Below are positions 1 to 16,705 of a DNA stretch of 64,000 nucleotides, piece after piece. Location of the stretch: assembly GCA_964016885.1 (NCBI GenBank), contig CAXHJY010001371.1, positions 1-64,000 of the forward strand, written 5' to 3'. The first letter of the stretch is position 1; each line of letters opens with the position of its first letter. Both the position numbers and the translations under genes were made by a program. This stretch comes from Eledone cirrhosa. Its lineage: Eukaryota. The notes under the pieces were generated by a model, which did no database searches, was not told the origin of the DNA, and saw nothing but the letters and a program-made list of their open reading frames with translations.

Positions 1-135
1 TAGCGATCTTATTAGTCAATTGCAACTATAACATGTAAATGTTCATCAAATATTAATTTATACTGCTCAGAAGCGATTCCTAGAGCTGAAATGATTGTAA
101 ATGACCTCTCTGAGTCTAAACTCTAAGCTATTTAT

Positions 136-474
136 TTATTTATATATATAAATATATAAATAATATATAATATACATATATATAATATATACATATATAC
201 ATATATATATCATAAATATATACATATATATATACATAATATACATATATAATATACATATAATATATATATATATATAATATATATACATATATATAAT
301 ACATATATATATAATACTTATATACATATATAATATACATATAATATATATACATATATACATATACATATATATATATATACATATATATATATACATA
401 TATATATAATATATAACATATACATTTATATACATATATACATATACAATATATACATATACATATATATATAT

Positions 475-526
<52 letters not shown>

Positions 527-1138
527 ATCATATAATATATATATACATATATAAATATATAATATATACATATACATATACATATACTATATAACATATA
601 TAATATACATAATATACATACATATATATATATACATATATATATACTATATATAATAATATAATATAAATATCATATATATATACATATATAATATACA
701 TATATATATATAATATACATATATACATATATATATACATATATATATAAATATATATAACATATATATATATACATATATATACTACATATATACTATA
801 TACACATATATATACACATCTATATACATATACATATATACATATATATATATACATATATATAACATATATATATATATACATATATACATATATACAT
901 ATATATATATATACATATATAATATAATATACACATATACATATATATACCTATATACATATATATATATATCACATATATACATAATATATATATAATA
1001 TACATATACATATATATATATACACATATACATATATATTATACACATATACATATATACATATATACATATATATATATACACATATACATATATATAT
1101 ATACACATATACATATACATATCATATATAAATATATA

Positions 1139-1173
<35 letters not shown>

Positions 1174-1256
1174 CATATACATACATATATACATATATAT
1201 ATATATACATATACATACATACATATATACATATATATATATACACATATACATAT

Positions 1257-1329
<73 letters not shown>

Positions 1330-1403
1330 TATATATATACATACATATATATACATATATACATACATATATATACATATATATATATACATATATATCT
1401 ATA

Positions 1404-1450
<47 letters not shown>
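136..1450. repeat. Compound (TA)n/(TACA)n microsatellite
   Basis: Near-pure TA/CA dinucleotide array; overlapping YIYI ORFs are artefacts. Confidence 0.97.
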
Positions 1451-1453
<3 letters not shown>

Positions 1454-1536
1454 GGAGGTGAGTTTTATTGTAGTACAATAAAGCAATGCAGATATCGGAT
1501 AAGAAGCACTCTACAGTTTGTGGGACTGGAGTATGC

Positions 1537-2538
1537 ATAATATAAGATCAAAAGATGGTTAAAGGAGTTCAATATATTTTATTATGCGCATTTCAAAAAC
1601 AAACATCATCAAACAATAATATTTGTGTTTTCATCAGATAAAACAGGAGAACATGATATGAAGGCTAAAAAAAACACTTGTTGATAGTGCAGTTTTAAAT
1701 CAAACATATGAAAAGTGGTTTTAGATTGATGTGTGATATTGGGAAAAATATTTTATTTAGAGAGGGGGGGAGAGCAAGGGATGAAAAGGGAAGGAGATGA
1801 GAGGGAGAGAGATGGGTGATAGAGAGAAAGAGATAGTTTTTATAACTGAGAGGAGATATATTTTATATAGAGGGGTTGAAAACCGTTGGAAGATACTGTA
1901 TAAATTAAAAATTTTGAAAATTAACGAAGGGAGGATATGTGCGAGGAAAAAATATTATATTTAGGGAGGGGTGGGGGTGGAAAGGATGAAAAAAAGGGAG
2001 GAGATGAGAGTGAAGGTGGAAAGGGAGAGATGGGTGATAGAGAGAAAGAGATAGTTTTTATAACTGAGAAAAAGATATAATGCTTTAATATAGAGAGGTT
2101 GGGAACCGTTGGAAGATAATGTATAAATTAAAGGAATTTGAAAATTAACGAAGGGAAATTATGTATGAAGATAGAGAGAAAAAAAAATAATAATTGTGGG
2201 TGAATATTCTAACGTCAAAAGAAGAAATGTAGGAATTTTAAAATTAGCAAAGAGAAAAAGTTTATGTGTAGAAGGATTTGAGAAGAATAATGTGAAGTTA
2301 AAGTTTGTATATTGAATTCATATGTATTAATAATGAGTTCGTTGATGGGGAGAAAAAAATAATAATAAATTAAGGATGAAATTGAGATTAAAAAGATTAT
2401 GATAGAGAGAAAAAGTAATAATGATTGCGGATGAATACTCAAAATGTCAAAAACAAATGTTATTGTTTTACGAGGAGATAGAAAGAGGGTGATGAGTTAA
2501 AACGGGTATTATAGAGTGTATAATGCCCTTTAAAGTAA
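1537..2538 (-). repeat. Inverted copy of the PLE-1 3' UTR (pairs with 5255-6249)
   Basis: Ends match as reverse complements (ataatataagatcaaaag / cttttgatcttatattat; taatgccctttaaagtaa / ttactttaaagggcatta), with a few substitutions and indels inside. Confidence 0.95.
1575..1645 (-). ncRNA. Type I hammerhead ribozyme, mirror copy in the PLE-1 inverted arm
   Basis: Reverse complement of 6141-6211. Confidence 0.82.
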
Positions 2539-2539
2539 C

Positions 2540-4943
2540 ATGGATTATTACAACATAACCAATTCTACTAAAGACATTCCCTATACCTGGTAAATCTGAA
2601 TTCACCAAACTTCTTATTGAAAAAACTGACTCCTTCGTAAGAAGACTTAGATGGACAGCCTATTTCTATGACCAGCGCCTAAAAGGGAACTTTCATACCA
2701 AAGAACACAACTCCCTCGATCATCTTTTTAATTCCAGACGAAATCCTCCTTCCAACAAAAATCTAGCACAATTCGAGGAAGAATTAACTAAAATTATAAA
2801 AAATCTTAAATTCAAGAGATACCCTTACAAAGGACAAGAGCACCTTGTAAATCTCAAGAACACAATCTCTAACCTAAATTCCTCAAAAAATGTTTTAGTC
2901 CACTCTGACAAAACCAATAACCTATATGGTATTTCCAAGGATAATTATAACAACCTTATCCTAAAGGAACTTAGGAAAAAGTATCGTAAAACCAACCATG
3001 AAAATTTAGAATGCATAAACCTTGAAGCCTATGAGATTATGTCAAAACTTGGCATTGAAAAAAAGACCGAACCATTCCTCCCAAGAACTCCGAGGATAAA
3101 TCTCAAGGATCACAAAAACAATTTTCGCACTGAACTACCTGTTAGATTAATCGCCCCCTCTAAATCTGATCTGGGGGTTGTTAGTAAAGCCATCTTGGAT
3201 AGGATTATCCCACAGGTTAGTTCTAATTGCTCTTCTTTAAACCTAAATTTATGGTTTGGTACTTCTGAAGTGATTGGCTGGTTCAACAAATTGGATAATA
3301 AAAACAAACTAAAATTTATTCAATTCGATATTGCCAGCTACTATTCCTCCATTTCGCCTTCACTTCTCAATAATGCTCTATCTTTCGCACTTAAATATTC
3401 TGACATCACCACAGATGAACTTCACATCATCCTCACCGCACGTAAAACCATCCTAGAGTTCAACAACGAATATTGGACCAGAGCCGATACCTCTAACATC
3501 TTCGACATCACAATGGGAGCATCCGATTCATCCCAATTGACTGATTTAATTGGTATCTTCATTTTGAACTCTTTGAGTCGGAAAATTCCTCAACTTCGCG
3601 GTGGAATTTATCGTGACGATGGACTCTTTACTATCCTAAATTGCAATATAGTTAAACTTAATATTATTAAGAACAATATACGTAATCTCTTTAACCAACA
3701 TAACCTAAAAATTGAATTTGATAATAGTACCAAACTAGCTAATTTCTTGGATGTATCTCTTAATCTTGACACTGGCCTATATTACCCTTACCATAAAAAC
3801 AATGAGAATCTTAATTATGTTAACTTTAAATCTAACCATCCTACCAATATCAAGAATGCTATAGTTAATAATATTGGAAATAGAATATCTAACATATCTT
3901 CTAATAAAAACATCTTTGATGCTAACGCCAATTACTATAATAACGCACTTTCTAAAGCCGGCTATCCAGATAAAATCAAATATAATAAAGAAACAAATTC
4001 TAGGAAAACTTACAGTAGAATATTTAATCATAACCATTCCAATAATTTTAATAAAAGACCTAGATACAAAAACATAATCTGGTATAATGCTCCTTTCTCC
4101 ATCTCTATTAATAACAATATTCCTAAATTATTTTTTAGTGCCTTAAATAAATGCTTCCCTCCCTCACATATCTATAGTAAAATATTTAACAAACACACCA
4201 TCAAATTTTCGTATTCTACATCCTCCAATATTTCCAACATCATCTCTAAACACAACAACAAAATATTAAATACTAAATCTCTTCCTTCCAATATTGAATT
4301 TCATAATAACAATAATAGTACTCCTGACGTCATTGTAAACCCTAGGCTAACTTCTGTAAACCCAAATGCAACGTCAAACACAACTTCGCTAAATGTTCAT
4401 AATCCAACTCTAAATCAAGAAACTATTATTCCTATTATTCCTATCGCAAACAACTTCTCCAATCCAATTCCTTCTACAGATAACACTAGATCACTCATTA
4501 ATAATCTCTCTAATTGCAACTGCCGCATTAAAAATAAATGTCCTCTCAACAACCATTGCCTCGATAAAAACTTAATTTATGAATGTAAAATTATAACTAG
4601 CACCAATTCCTTCACCTATTTTGGCTCCACTTCCACCTCTTTTAAAGCTCGTCTCTATAATCATCATTCATCTTTCAAATACAAACTTAAAAGAACTAAC
4701 ACTGCTCTCTCAGAACTCATATGGTCCTTAAAAGACAAAAACATTAAATATAACATCTTTTGGAAAAAGATTTCTTCTGCATCCTCGTACTTGAACAGCT
4801 CTCTATCTAAAATCTGTAATCTCTGCCTAAATGAAAAATTTACCATTATCTCTAACCTAGAATCCATAATAAATAGACGCTCGGATTTGTTTTCCATCTG
4901 CCTGCATAAATTCCATAGAACTTTTCACAAAGTATACAGTTAA
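2540..4943 (+). pseudogene. PLE-1 RT-GIY-YIG polyprotein with one +1 frameshift near 2579-2581
   Basis: ATG 2540 (MDYYNITNSTKDIP), then the frame of ORF 3039-4943 from ~2580 (PIPGKSEFTKLLIEKTDSFVRRLRW). RT motifs QFDI, FDITMG, GGIYRDDG, NFLDV; CNCRIKNKCP; GIY-YIG LIY..TYFGST..FKARLYNH; CNLC..E..INRRSD..CLH. Confidence 0.9.
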
Positions 4944-4999
4944 TATTCAATTCTTTATCAATTTAGAATCTTTTCTCAAAGGCACATATACATACACCT

Positions 5000-5433
5000 C
5001 TTTAAAATATACCCATCTACCTTACTTTAAAGGGCATTATACACTCTATAATACTCGTTTACTCATCACCCTCATCCTATCTTCTCGTAAAACAATAACA
5101 TTTGTTTTTGACATTTTGAATATTCATCCGCAATCATTATTTTTTTTTTTTCCCTCTATCATAAATCTTTTTAATCTCAATTTCATCCTTAATTTATTAT
5201 TATATATTTTTTTTAATATATACTCATATATTCTTTAAAATATACCCATCTACCTTACTTTAAAGGGCATTATACACTCTATAATACCCGTTTTACTCAT
5301 CACCCTCTTTCTATCTCCTCGTAAAACAATAACATTTGTTTTTGACATTTTGAGTATTCATCCGCAATCATTATTATTTTTTCTCTCTATCATAAATCTT
5401 TTTAATCTCAATTTCATCCTTAATTTATTATTA
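5000..5433 (+). repeat. ~230-bp-period tandem duplication in the PLE-1 3' UTR
   Basis: ctttaaaatatacccatctaccttactttaaagggcattatacactc...aatttattattat at ~5000 and ~5233. A second imperfect duplication lies at ~5637-5770 vs ~5859-5986. Confidence 0.9.
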
Positions 5434-6140
5434 TTTTTTTCTCCCCATCAACGAACTCATTATTAATACATATGAATTCAATATACAAACTTTAACTTCA
5501 CATTATTCTTCTCAAATCCTTCTACACATAAACTTTTTCTCTTTGCTAATTTTAAAATTCCTACATTTCTTCTTTTGACGTTAGAATATTCACCCACAAT
5601 TATTATTTTTTTCTCTCTATCTTCATACATAATTTCCCTTCGTTAATTTTCAAATTCCTTTAATTTATACATTATCTTCCAACGGTTCCCAACCTCTCTA
5701 TATTAAAGCATTATATCTTTTTCTCAGTTATAAAAACTATCTCTTTCTCTCTATCACCCATCTCTCCCTTTCCACCTTCACTCTCATCTCCTCCCCTTTT
5801 TTTCATCCTTTCCACCCCCCCCTCCCTAAATATAATATTTTTTCCTCGCACATATCCTCCCTTCGTTAATTTTCAAAATTTTTAATTTATACAGTATCTT
5901 CCAACGGTTTTCAACCCCTCTATATAAAATATATCTCCTCTCAGTTATAAAAACTATCTCTTTCTCTCTATCACCCATCTCTCCCTCTCATCTCCTTCCC
6001 TTTTCATCCCTTTCTCTCCCCCCCTCTCTAAATAAAATATTTTTCCCAATATCACACATCAATCTAAAACCACTTTTCATATGTTGATTTAAAACTGCAC
6101 TATCAACAAGTGTTTTTTTAGCCTTCATATCATGTTCTCC

Positions 6141-6211
6141 TGTTTTATCTGATGAAAACACAAATATTATTGTTTGATGATGTTTGTTTTTGAAATGCGC
6201 ATAATAAAATA
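6141..6211 (+). ncRNA. Type I hammerhead ribozyme near the PLE-1 3' end
   Basis: tgttttat-CTGATGA-aaaca..tgttttt-GAAA-tgcgca-TA-ataaaata: 8-bp stem I, palindromic stem III (atgcgcat), predicted cleavage after 6203. Confidence 0.85.
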
Positions 6212-6249
6212 TATTGAACTCCTTTAACCATCTTTTGATCTTATATTAT

Positions 6250-6319
6250 ATATATATACACATATATATACATATATATACATATATATACATATACATA
6301 TATATACATATACATATAT

Positions 6320-6354
<35 letters not shown>

Positions 6355-6362
6355 CATATACA

Positions 6363-6394
<32 letters not shown>

Positions 6395-6464
6395 CACATA
6401 TACATATATACATATATACATATACATATACATACATATATACATATATATATATACATATACA

Positions 6465-6505
<41 letters not shown>

Positions 6506-6523
6506 ACATATATACATATATAC

Positions 6524-6566
<43 letters not shown>

Positions 6567-6691
6567 TATATATACACATATACATATACATATACATACA
6601 TATATACATATATATATATACATATACATACATACATATATACATATATACATATATATATATACATATATACATATACATATATATATAC

Positions 6692-6757
<66 letters not shown>

Positions 6758-6805
6758 ATATATACATATATATATATGCATATATATATACATATATATA
6801 TATAC

Positions 6806-6854
<49 letters not shown>

Positions 6855-6896
6855 TACACATATATATACACACATATATATACATATATATACATA
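6250..6896. repeat. Compound (TA)n/(TACA)n microsatellite
   Basis: Direct reading. Confidence 0.97.
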
Positions 6897-6899
6897 CTG

Positions 6900-7538
6900 A
6901 CTACTACTACTACAACATCTTTGGCTACTGCTATTTCAAGGAATTTACCTTCTAATACCAGAACAAGAACTCTCCCTCCCACAGTCCACAAAGGTCGTCA
7001 AATCCTACCCAAACCATCATCTACACCTCTCACAACACACACACCCACATACCCACAGACTCGAAACCCCATCATTTGCCGCTACTCTCTACGTTATAGA
7101 ATATGTACGGATAGTGGCTGCAAATTCACCCATTTACCTAGGACAAAACGGTCTATCCCCACAAACAGCCACCACCATAATACATACTCTAATTTAACAC
7201 CAACACAACCACCAATAACTCAAACAAGGAATCCATAAATCTGCCGCTTTTCCCTGCGAGACAGATTGTGTTTAGACCGGGATTGTCCCTTTACCCATCT
7301 CCCGGGGACCCGTCGGACAAATGAAAATAAAATTAAAAATAAAAGCAAAAACAAAAACCATAACCTACATAAAAATAACCACTACCACAGTCACCAACAG
7401 TCTTCTAAACAGGAAACTTCTTCCTCTTTTTTAGCCATAATTAATCTGGCAAAAGAACTGGAAAAAAACATTCGAGCTATCACCCAGCACCACCCTCCAC
7501 TATCACCCCACTGCACAAACTCCCATTGCTGCCATTAA
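6900..7538 (+). pseudogene. LINE-A ORF1 C-terminal part with two CCCH-type zinc fingers; in-frame TAA at 7236
   Basis: [19 protein letters not shown] and CRFSLRDRLCLDRDCPFTH are in the same frame (ORFs 6921-7238 and 7266-7538). Confidence 0.72.
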
Positions 7539-10500
7539 CAAACAAACAAATTAACAACACACCAAAACAATTAAAACCATCCACTCTCGCCTCTACATTT
7601 TTGCTTAACGCCCAAGGCATCAGCCCTTCCACCAATACTCAAAAATGGAAGATCAAATTCCTGGAGGACTGGATTGATGTCCATCCAAACCACATCCCTT
7701 TCTTCGTCCTCACTGAAACCCATCTCAGTAACCTCCACTTGGAAGCCGAGGTGAAAGTGAAAAATTTCAAAGCCATCCGTGCTGATCGCGCTGGCAGAAG
7801 AAAGGGCGGGACTGCCATTTATGTCCATAATTCTTTCTCAACAGAGGCTATGAACATATTCACTAATGGATACTGTGAAGCAGTCACTGTATTCAGTCAA
7901 ACCAACAACCTAATAGTAGTTGGGCTCTATAGGCCACCCCAAACGCCTGTACCATGCTTCAAGGAATGCCTCAACAGCATAAAGTGTTTCATCCAAGAGT
8001 GTCACCCTGACAACATCTTAATGATGGGGAACTTCAACCTCCCCGGAGTTGACTGGTCCACAAACAGCCTGCCACCAGGTTCTTCTGCCTCAACCTCTGA
8101 CAGGGAAGCAGTGGAATCGCTTTTTGACTTCATGGATGATTTCTTCCTGTCCCAACTGGTGCTCGAACCAACGAGGTTCCACAAAAACGTCCTAGACTTA
8201 ATTTTCAGCAATCACACTGACAATATCCACAATATTGCAGTGGAGAAAACTCTACTCTCTGATCATGACATGGTTCTCTGTGATCTGAGATTCCACCGTC
8301 CAATATACAAACCCAATGTCATCCTTCCTGTCCATCCGTTTGACGCTATGGATTTCCACAATGCAAACTGGGAAGCGATCAGTCATGATCTTGCACATGT
8401 CGACTGGTCCTTCACGCACACTCATATACCCACTAACATCAAAAGGTCCTGGCAGACATTTGTGGACACTGTTAAAAACATATGTGCAAAACACACCCCA
8501 TTAAGAACTATAAACAAATCTAAGAGCAGAATCCCTAGAAATAGAAAAACGCTCATCAGAAAAATTAAGAGAACGAACAAAAAAATCAACAAGCTGAAAT
8601 ACTGTCAGCAGCAACACATCAACTTGACTGCCATTTCATCACTAGAGATTAAAAAACATAACCTCCAAAACAACATAATGTCCCTCATCAACAATCAGAG
8701 AAGAGCTGAAGAGGCCTGGGCCATTGAGAAGATCAAACTCAATCCCAAAGTGTTCTTTTCATTTGCAAAAAAACACAAAATCACTGGCTCTACTGTTGGC
8801 CCTCTAATTGATGAGAATGGCACTCTTCAAGACAATGCTAAAACCATGGGTGAGATACTGCAGAAACAATACTGCTCTGTTTTCAGCAATCCTGATATGG
8901 CCGATCTGGGCTGTATCGGCGATGTTACTCCCCATTACACCTTATCGGACATAACGTTTGGCGCCCCTGATGTCTTAGCGGCAATAAAGGAAATCAAGCA
9001 TAATTCAGCAGTAGGTCCCGATAGGTTCCCTGCTTGTGTCTTGAAGGCGTGTCAACACCAACTTGCATCTCCTCTTGCCAATCTGTGGCGGAACTCACTG
9101 GATGCTGGATATGTGCCAGAAAACCTTCTATCCCAGTCTGTTGTCCCAGTTTTCAAAAAGGGAAACAAATCCCTTGCCGTGAATTACCGTCCAATCTCAC
9201 TCACCTCTCATATCATTAAGGTATTTGAGAGAGTGGTGAGATCGCGAATGACCCACTTCCTTGAGAGTAACAATATGCTGAACTCCAACCAGCATGGATT
9301 CCGTAATGGAAGGGATTGCCTGACGCAGCTACTGCATCACTTTGATGACATTTTGAGAGCCTTGGGAGAGGGTTCCAACACTGATGTTATCTACCTTGAT
9401 TTCAGCAAGGCCTTTGACAGGGTTGATCATAACATTCTACTGAGAAAGCTGTCCAATATTGGTGTCACTGGAAAGCTGCTGCAGTGGATCAAGAGCTTCC
9501 TGTCAAATAGAACCCAACATGTTGTAGTTGAAGGAGTCAAATCCAGCCCAGCCAAAGTCAGTAGTGGGGTCCCACAAGGCACTGTGTTGGGCCCACTTCT
9601 CTTCATCATCTATATTAATGACATCACTGACATCATCAAACACAGCAACATTAAAAATTTTCGCTGATGATTCCAAGCTCCAAAAGGTCATCAATGGCGT
9701 GGATGACCGAATAAGCCTTCAGTCAGACCTACTGGCTGTTACCCAATGGGCGGAAAAGAACAACATGTTACTGAACGAAGACAAATTCGAACTGATCCAC
9801 TTTGGAAAAGAGGATGCTCTGAAACTCCCGTACTCCCTTCCCTCCGGGGAAACTCTCGTGGCATCTAACAACATCAGAGACTTGGGAGTAACCGTGGACA
9901 GCAACATAAGCTGGGCCACGCATATAAGCAACAAAGTTGACATGGCCCGCAGAATGTGTTCCTGGATCCTCAGAACCTTCCAGTCGAGAGATTCCCACAC
10001 CATTATCCTTCTCTTCTCTACTTTTGCCCGACCACACCTTGAATACTGTTGTCCACTGTGGTCTCCCCACACGAAACAAAGTATCATGAAACTTGAAGCT
10101 CCTCAAAGGGCAATCACGAAAAAGATAGATGGCATGTCAGACCTTGACTACTGGGGTCGACTAGAAAACCTGAAACTTTACTCACTCCAACGTCGCCGTG
10201 AGCGTTATATTATCTGCATGATGTGGAAAATGTTCCATCATCACTGCCCAAATGATGTTGGCATCGCCTTCAAGATACACCCAAGGCTTGGGCCCCGTGC
10301 TATCCGTCCCATTCAAAAATCTAAATCGCAAATCATAACAACAATACGGCACAATTATTTCACCTCAATCGGCCCTGCTCTGTTCAACATCACACCAGGA
10401 CACGTCAAAACAGAAACTGACCACAGAAAATTCAAGAAGTCTTTGGACAAATTCCTCCAAGTAATCCCGGACAAACCACCCACACCCGGATATGTCTCCG

Positions 10501-10547
10501 CAAACAGTAATTCTCTTCTCGAATGGGCCATAGTGCCCAAATCCTGA
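7526..10547 (+). pseudogene. LINE-A ORF2 (AP endonuclease + RT), frameshift at ~9655-9661
   Basis: APE: LLNAQG, LTETHL, GGTAIY, YRPP, GNFN (GDFN with D>N), LDLIF, SDH. RT: NYRPISL, QHGFR, YLDFSKAFD, GVPQGTVLGP; FADD and LYSLQRRRERY are in the next frame (9528-10547). Confidence 0.93.
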
Positions 10548-10633
10548 ATTGAAAGACTTCGCCAGGTGGTGCTATTAAGTTAGATATGGCCTGAGGCAAT
10601 ACTGGCCAAAACATTTCAAAACATTTCAAAGTT

Positions 10634-13882
<3,249 letters not shown>

Positions 13883-13945
13883 ATAAAATATTAAACAAAT
13901 AATGAATAAAACAATGAAACAGTTCCTTATATTAAACAAAAAAAG

Positions 13946-14100
13946 TTCATTATTTAACGATCGTTTCTAGGATATATATGTGTTAGAATTGCCATGCATA
14001 TTCAACAGATCTATGTACAAAATTATACAAAATTATACAAACTATCAAGATTAAATATACATACCAAACACACATATACGCCGTCTTCAGAAATAATGAA
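13946..14100 (-). ncRNA. Hammerhead ribozyme, mirror copy in the PLE-2 inverted arm
   Basis: Reverse complement of 20233-20387. Confidence 0.72.
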
Positions 14101-14482
14101 ATATATTTATTGATAATAACAACAATTCAAAATTTCAGGTCCGTTTGGGAACAGAGTTCAAAATTGACCAATGAAAATACAAAAGGTTTTATGCAGTTTG
14201 GTGTGTGTATATACATGTAACCAGCCCCGTACACATATTTATACAAAGATATATGCTCAACATGCATACGCATGCCAAAAAGATGCATGCAAATACAAAA
14301 TTTCAAGGCTAATGTCTCTGTAAGTTTATAATGCACAGATAAAATGCGTATAGACACATAAATATGAAATAAGTGTATACACATATTCTCATACTCACAC
14401 ATATCCGTACACTCACACACACGCGCGCGTATATGCATAAACATACACATAATTACGAACATACATACACACACACACCCCC

Positions 14483-16705
14483 GAGAAAGACCTTTTTAAT
14501 TTAATTAAACACCTCAAATTTAAAAAGTATAAATCCGTCTTTCAAAAGGACCTTGATTCTACCCTATTGGACCTAAAAAAGTCTAAAAAAATCCATGTCC
14601 ACTCGGACAAAACTGGTAACTTGTATCATATGGATATTGAACATTATAATGAGTTCATATATAAAGAACTCAGAAAAAATTATAAAAAATCTAATAATGC
14701 GTCACTCAGCAACATCAACAACAAAACACACAACATAGTAAAAAAACTAAACATTGAAGATAGAACTGAACCTTTGGCATTGAAAAGACCACACTTCAAC
14801 CTGAAGGATCATAAATCAAACTTTAACTCAAATCCTTCTATAAGACTTATATGTCCCTCCAAATCAGATATTGGAATAATTAGCAAAAAAATTTTGGATA
14901 GGGTCATCCCACAAATAAGAAAACACGTTATTTTACCACTCTGGGAAAACACCTCCCAGGTAATTAACTGGTTTAAAAATATTAGATGTAAATCTTCTGC
15001 TTCATTTCTACAATTTGATATAGATAATTACTATTCTTCTATATCACCTATACTCCTGAACAAAGCATTGATATTTGCTAAAAATAGATCTAACTTAACT
15101 TTGGATGACATTAATATTATTACACATGCTAGACTAACACTTATTGAATTTCAGAATGAATACTGGACCAGAAACACATATAGTAATCTATTTGATATTA
15201 CTATGGGTTCAAGCGATTCCGCCCAAATTACTGATCTTGTGGGCCTCTTTCTCCTTTTCAACATAAATGCCTCCTTTCCCCACCTCAAAGGTGGTTTATA
15301 TCGTGATGACTGTCTTCTTCTTTCTAACAACCTTAGCCTTTCAGAAATTGAAAAAAACAAAAAACATATTAGAACTTTCCTTAAAGACTATTATAATCTT
15401 CATATTACTTTTGAAAAAACAAGTAAAGTAGTAAATTTCCTAGATATAACTTTAGATTTAGCTACGGGTATCTACCAACCTTACCATAAACCAAACCAAA
15501 ACTTACATTACATACACTCACAATCTAATCACCCTAAATCTATCCTTAAAAACCTTGCATATAATATATCACTTAGAATTTCTAACCTTTCTTCTAACCA
15601 AGATGTATTTGATAAAAATGCGACCTTCTATAACGAAGCTCTAGATAGAAGTGGCCACAAAAATAGATTAGAATATATACCTTCTACTAAAAATACTAAA
15701 AGCATACAACCTAATATTACCAACAAACACCAAATGAAAAGTACACACCTAAATGCCACCCACACTATACCCCAAAATACCAAATCTTCTAATATAAAAT
15801 ATAGTAACTCTCAAAAAACTACTCATCATACAACTCTAATAAATATTAATAATAAAACTCCTAATAAAAAAGATAAAACACCTAAATCTACAAATATAAC
15901 TAAAAATGGTTGTGGTGAGATCATTAACATTAATCCTCCTAGTAAACACCACGATACAACCTATAAAAATAATAAAAATAATAAACAACATAGAAACCGT
16001 AATAGACGGGTTACTTGGTATAATGCTCCATTTAATTTACAAATTAAGGATAATATTGCTAAAAAATTTTTTTATATCCTAGAGAAAAACTTCCCGCCAA
16101 ACCACAAATACCATCAAATCTTAAATAGGTCTACAGTTAAATTCTCATACTCAACAACAAATAACATAAAACAAAATATAAGTGCCTATAATGCATATAA
16201 ATGTAAGAAAACCATAAGTATACCACCAGTACATCAAATTAACCATAATATCTCCTCAAATACAGAATTAACGAAAGGTTGTAACTGTAGAAACAAAGCA
16301 AACTGCCCATTAAAAGGGAATTGTCTTGTTAACAACATAGTCTATAAATGTAATGTTAAAACTAAAGATTCTATTTGCTCATATATAGGAGCTACTTCTA
16401 ACAATTTTAAGACAAGGTTTAATACCCACAAGCATAGTTTTAAAAATGCCGCACTGGCTAATACAACATCTCTAGCAGAAAAAATCAATAGTTATAAAAA
16501 TAAGAATATAGAATATGATTTGACCTGGAGTGTGCTCAAAAGAGCCACCCCTTATCAAAATAATAGAAATGAATGTAGATTATGTTCCCAAGAACTATTT
16601 GAAATAATGAAATCTAAGGATATCCTATTAAATAAACGACAGGAATTAATTATATCGTGTAATCATAAACTAAAAAAAACATTTAAATATTATAAACCTA
16701 ATTAA
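14483..16705 (+). CDS. PLE-2 RT-GIY-YIG, N-terminally truncated but otherwise open
   Basis: Frame is open from the inversion junction (EKDLFNLIKHLKFKK, equivalent to FEEELTKIIKNLKFKR in PLE-1); the tracked start at 14567 is a TTG. Motifs QFDID, FDITMGSSDS, GGLYRDD, CNCRNKANCP, IVY..SYIGAT..FKTRFNTH, CRLC, LNKRQE..CNH. Confidence 0.9.
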   Translation, partial: EKDLFNLIKHLKFKKYKSVFQKDLDSTLLDLKKSKKIHVHSDKTGNLYHMDIEHYNEFIYKELRKNYKKSNNASLSNINNKTHNIVKKLNIEDRTEPLALKRPHFNLKDHKSNFNSNPSIRLICPSKSDIGIISKKILDRVIPQIRKHVILPLWENTSQVINWFKNIRCKSSASFLQFDIDNYYSSISPILLNKALIFAKNRSNLTLDDINIITHARLTLIEFQNEYWTRNTYSNLFDITMGSSDSAQITDLVGLFLLFNINASFPHLKGGLYRDDCLLLSNNLSLSEIEKNKKHIRTFLKDYYNLHITFEKTSKVVNFLDITLDLATGIYQPYHKPNQNLHYIHSQSNHPKSILKNLAYNISLRISNLSSNQDVFDKNATFYNEALDRSGHKNRLEYIPSTKNTKSIQPNITNKHQMKSTHLNATHTIPQNTKSSNIKYSNSQKTTHHTTLININNKTPNKKDKTPKSTNITKNGCGEIININPPSKHHDTTYKNNKNNKQHRNRNRRVTWYNAPFNLQIKDNIAKKFFYILEKNFPPNHKYHQILNRSTVKFSYSTTNNIKQNISAYNAYKCKKTISIPPVHQINHNISSNTELTKGCNCRNKANCPLKGNCLVNNIVYKCNVKTKDSICSYIGATSNNFKTRFNTHKHSFKNAALANTTSLAEKINSYKNKNIEYDLTWSVLKRATPYQNNRNECRLCSQELFEIMKSKDILLNKRQELIISCNHKLKKTFKYYKPN

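Larger units (their letters stand above)
1451..6249 (+). mobile_element. PLE-1: Penelope-like retroelement (Hydra-type, C-terminal GIY-YIG) with ~1-kb inverted arms, flanked by (TA)n
   Basis: RT+GIY-YIG ORF; 1537-2538 is the reverse complement of 5255-6249; hammerhead in each arm; 86-nt tail 1451-1536; TA arrays on both sides. Confidence 0.92.
6897..10633 (+). mobile_element. LINE-A: APE-RT non-LTR retrotransposon (CR1/L2-like group), probably 5'-truncated, between TA arrays
   Basis: ORF1 remnant plus APE-RT ORF2; short 3' UTR ending in (AAACATTTCA)2. Confidence 0.92.

Noticed and set aside
1-135. Unique sequence at the window start
   Set aside because: Too short to assign; no recognisable motif.
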